Made by a program: the position numbers and the translations under genes. Below the pieces are notes generated by a model. The model saw nothing but the letters and a program-made list of their open reading frames with translations. It searched no databases and was not told the origin of the DNA. A stretch of 64,000 nt of DNA from a candidate division CPR2 bacterium GW2011_GWC2_39_35 (GTDB lineage Bacteria; Patescibacteriota; CPR2): positions 223,563-287,562 of the forward strand of contig LBWX01000001.1 in assembly GCA_000995065.1 (NCBI GenBank), given 5' to 3'. Shown one piece after another: positions 62,640-64,000 of this stretch (the stretch's first letter is position 1; each line of letters starts with the position of its first letter).

Positions 62640-64000
62640 TATCCTACTATTTCGCCTCCAAAAATTTCAATTGATTTAGCTACGATGTCCGATTTTTTAT
62701 CTTCTTCCTTTTTCATTTTTTCGCCTTTTTTTAGAACACATTTTACCCTAAGCGGCTCGCCATAAACTTTTGCAATTGCTTTTTCCAAGATCATTTTATT
62801 TTTAACGTCTTCAATTCTTTCTTTATGAAATTGGTAAAGAAAAGCGAGTACTAGGACTCCCTTATCTATTTCCGGATCAGCTGCTTTTAAGAAAGCGTGA
62901 ACAGAGTGATTTGAAGATTTAATCTCCAAAAGAAGCTCTTCCCACTTGTTGGAACCCGTATCCGTTATCATTTCTTTGGATGACTTTTCGGACACTTTCT
63001 TTTCTATTATCCCCTCGTATATTTGACCGCGTATTGACATCCCGATTTTGACTAAGGCAATCTCTAAAGGTAATTGCGGCAGGGACGAGAGCTTACTTTG
63101 TTTTTCTACATTAGCAAGAATTTCCAATATGTCAATTAGTTCCCTTTCTGAGGTTGCATTCGAAACTTTTTCTAAGTACTCTTTAGGGATTTTTTCACTC
63201 TCCCTCCTTGCTAGCTTAAATAGAAAAACTTCCCTTAAAAACTCTAAAAGATTTTTTACAAATTGATTAACGTCACCGCCCCTCAAGACTAAGTCATTAA
63301 TTATATCTAATGGCTCTTTCGTTTTACCCTTTGCCATAAGTAAGGCAACATTGAATATTTGCTCTAAATCGGCCCGTCCAATAATAGATTTTATTTCCAT
63401 TTCAGTAATTTTTTTAGCGTTAAATGAGGAAACCTGATCAAGAAGAGAGATAGCATCTCTTAAACCGCCACTGGCTTCGACAGCAATCATTTCTAAGGCT
63501 TTTAATTCGTATTCAAATCCTTCTTTTTTAGAGATATCTTCCAAACGAGCTGTAATAAGCTTAGTGTTTATTCTTTCAAAATCAAATCTCTGACATCTGG
63601 AAATTATGGTATCGGGAACTTTGTGGATTTCGGTTGTCGCTAAAACAAAAATGGCGTGAGCTGGCGGCTCTTCCAAGGTCTTTAGAAGCGCATTAAAGGC
63701 TTCTTTGGTAAGCATATGGACTTCGTCTATTATAAAAACTTTGTATTTAGCTTGGTTCGGCGCAAATTTTATTTTATCTCTTAGATCCCTAATCTCATCA
63801 ATGCCCCTGTTAGACGCCGCGTCAATCTCTATCATATCGATGGCCTTGCCGTCAATAAAAGACTTGCACATCACGCATTTATTGCAAGCCTCACCCTTTT
63901 TTATGTCCTTACAATTAATGGTTTTGGCAAAGATTCTGGCAATCGAAGTTTTACCCACCCCTCTTGGGCCCGTAAAAAGATAGGCATGAGAAATTTGCCC
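62639..64000 (-). CDS. dnaX: DNA polymerase III gamma/tau (5' truncated by window edge)
   Basis: HAYLFTGPRGVGKT, EIDAASN, DEVHML and SRC motifs. Confidence 0.97.
   Translation of the reverse strand, partial: GQISHAYLFTGPRGVGKTSIARIFAKTINCKDIKKGEACNKCVMCKSFIDGKAIDMIEIDAASNRGIDEIRDLRDKIKFAPNQAKYKVFIIDEVHMLTKEAFNALLKTLEEPPAHAIFVLATTEIHKVPDTIISRCQRFDFERINTKLITARLEDISKKEGFEYELKALEMIAVEASGGLRDAISLLDQVSSFNAKKITEMEIKSIIGRADLEQIFNVALLMAKGKTKEPLDIINDLVLRGGDVNQFVKNLLEFLREVFLFKLARRESEKIPKEYLEKVSNATSERELIDILEILANVEKQSKLSSLPQLPLEIALVKIGMSIRGQIYEGIIEKKVSEKSSKEMITDTGSNKWEELLLEIKSSNHSVHAFLKAADPEIDKGVLVLAFLYQFHKERIEDVKNKMILEKAIAKVYGEPLRVKCVLKKGEKMKKEEDKKSDIVAKSIEIFGGEIVG

Noticed and set aside
1-64000. CRISPR array, rRNA, transposase or reverse transcriptase
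   Set aside because: No regularly spaced repeat-spacer array and no such genes or motifs were seen.

Overview
A 64-kb AT-rich bacterial chromosome segment whose gene content suggests Patescibacteria/CPR (inference: eukaryote-type glyQS, a reduced dcw cluster, a sigma70-r4/HTH protein next to a VirD4/HerA-like ATPase, and a YWAEG LAGLIDADG-like gene beside a tRNA). Housekeeping blocks are der-pth, dprA-topA, mraZ-ftsL-ftsI-mraY-ftsW-murG-murC-ftsQ, recO-glyQS, cysS, PBP1A and dnaX-dnaB-[GtrA/GT-C/GT2 cassette]-ybaB-recR. Accessory regions are an amidase+SLT hydrolase, a stress/dormancy-like cluster with a SASP-like protein, a LexA/UmuD-UmuC cassette with a GAAC-N4-GTTC operator, a run of Nudix/MBL/GNAT genes, an orphan proB and a TreT-like enzyme. 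The most notable signals are non-coding. (1) A ~230-nt structured RNA candidate (1685-1922, minus) has tandem promoters and its own terminator, and its apical loop is 19/20 complementary to a structured element between mraZ and ftsL, where rsmH normally sits. (2) A c-di-GMP-II riboswitch with a terminator lies upstream of the amidase-SLT gene. (3) An unclassified structured RNA lies downstream of tRNA-Gln. (4) A symmetric dif-like site sits where gene orientation converges. (5) Leaderless promoter architecture is widespread. All calls are from reading the sequence and ORF track; no searches were run.
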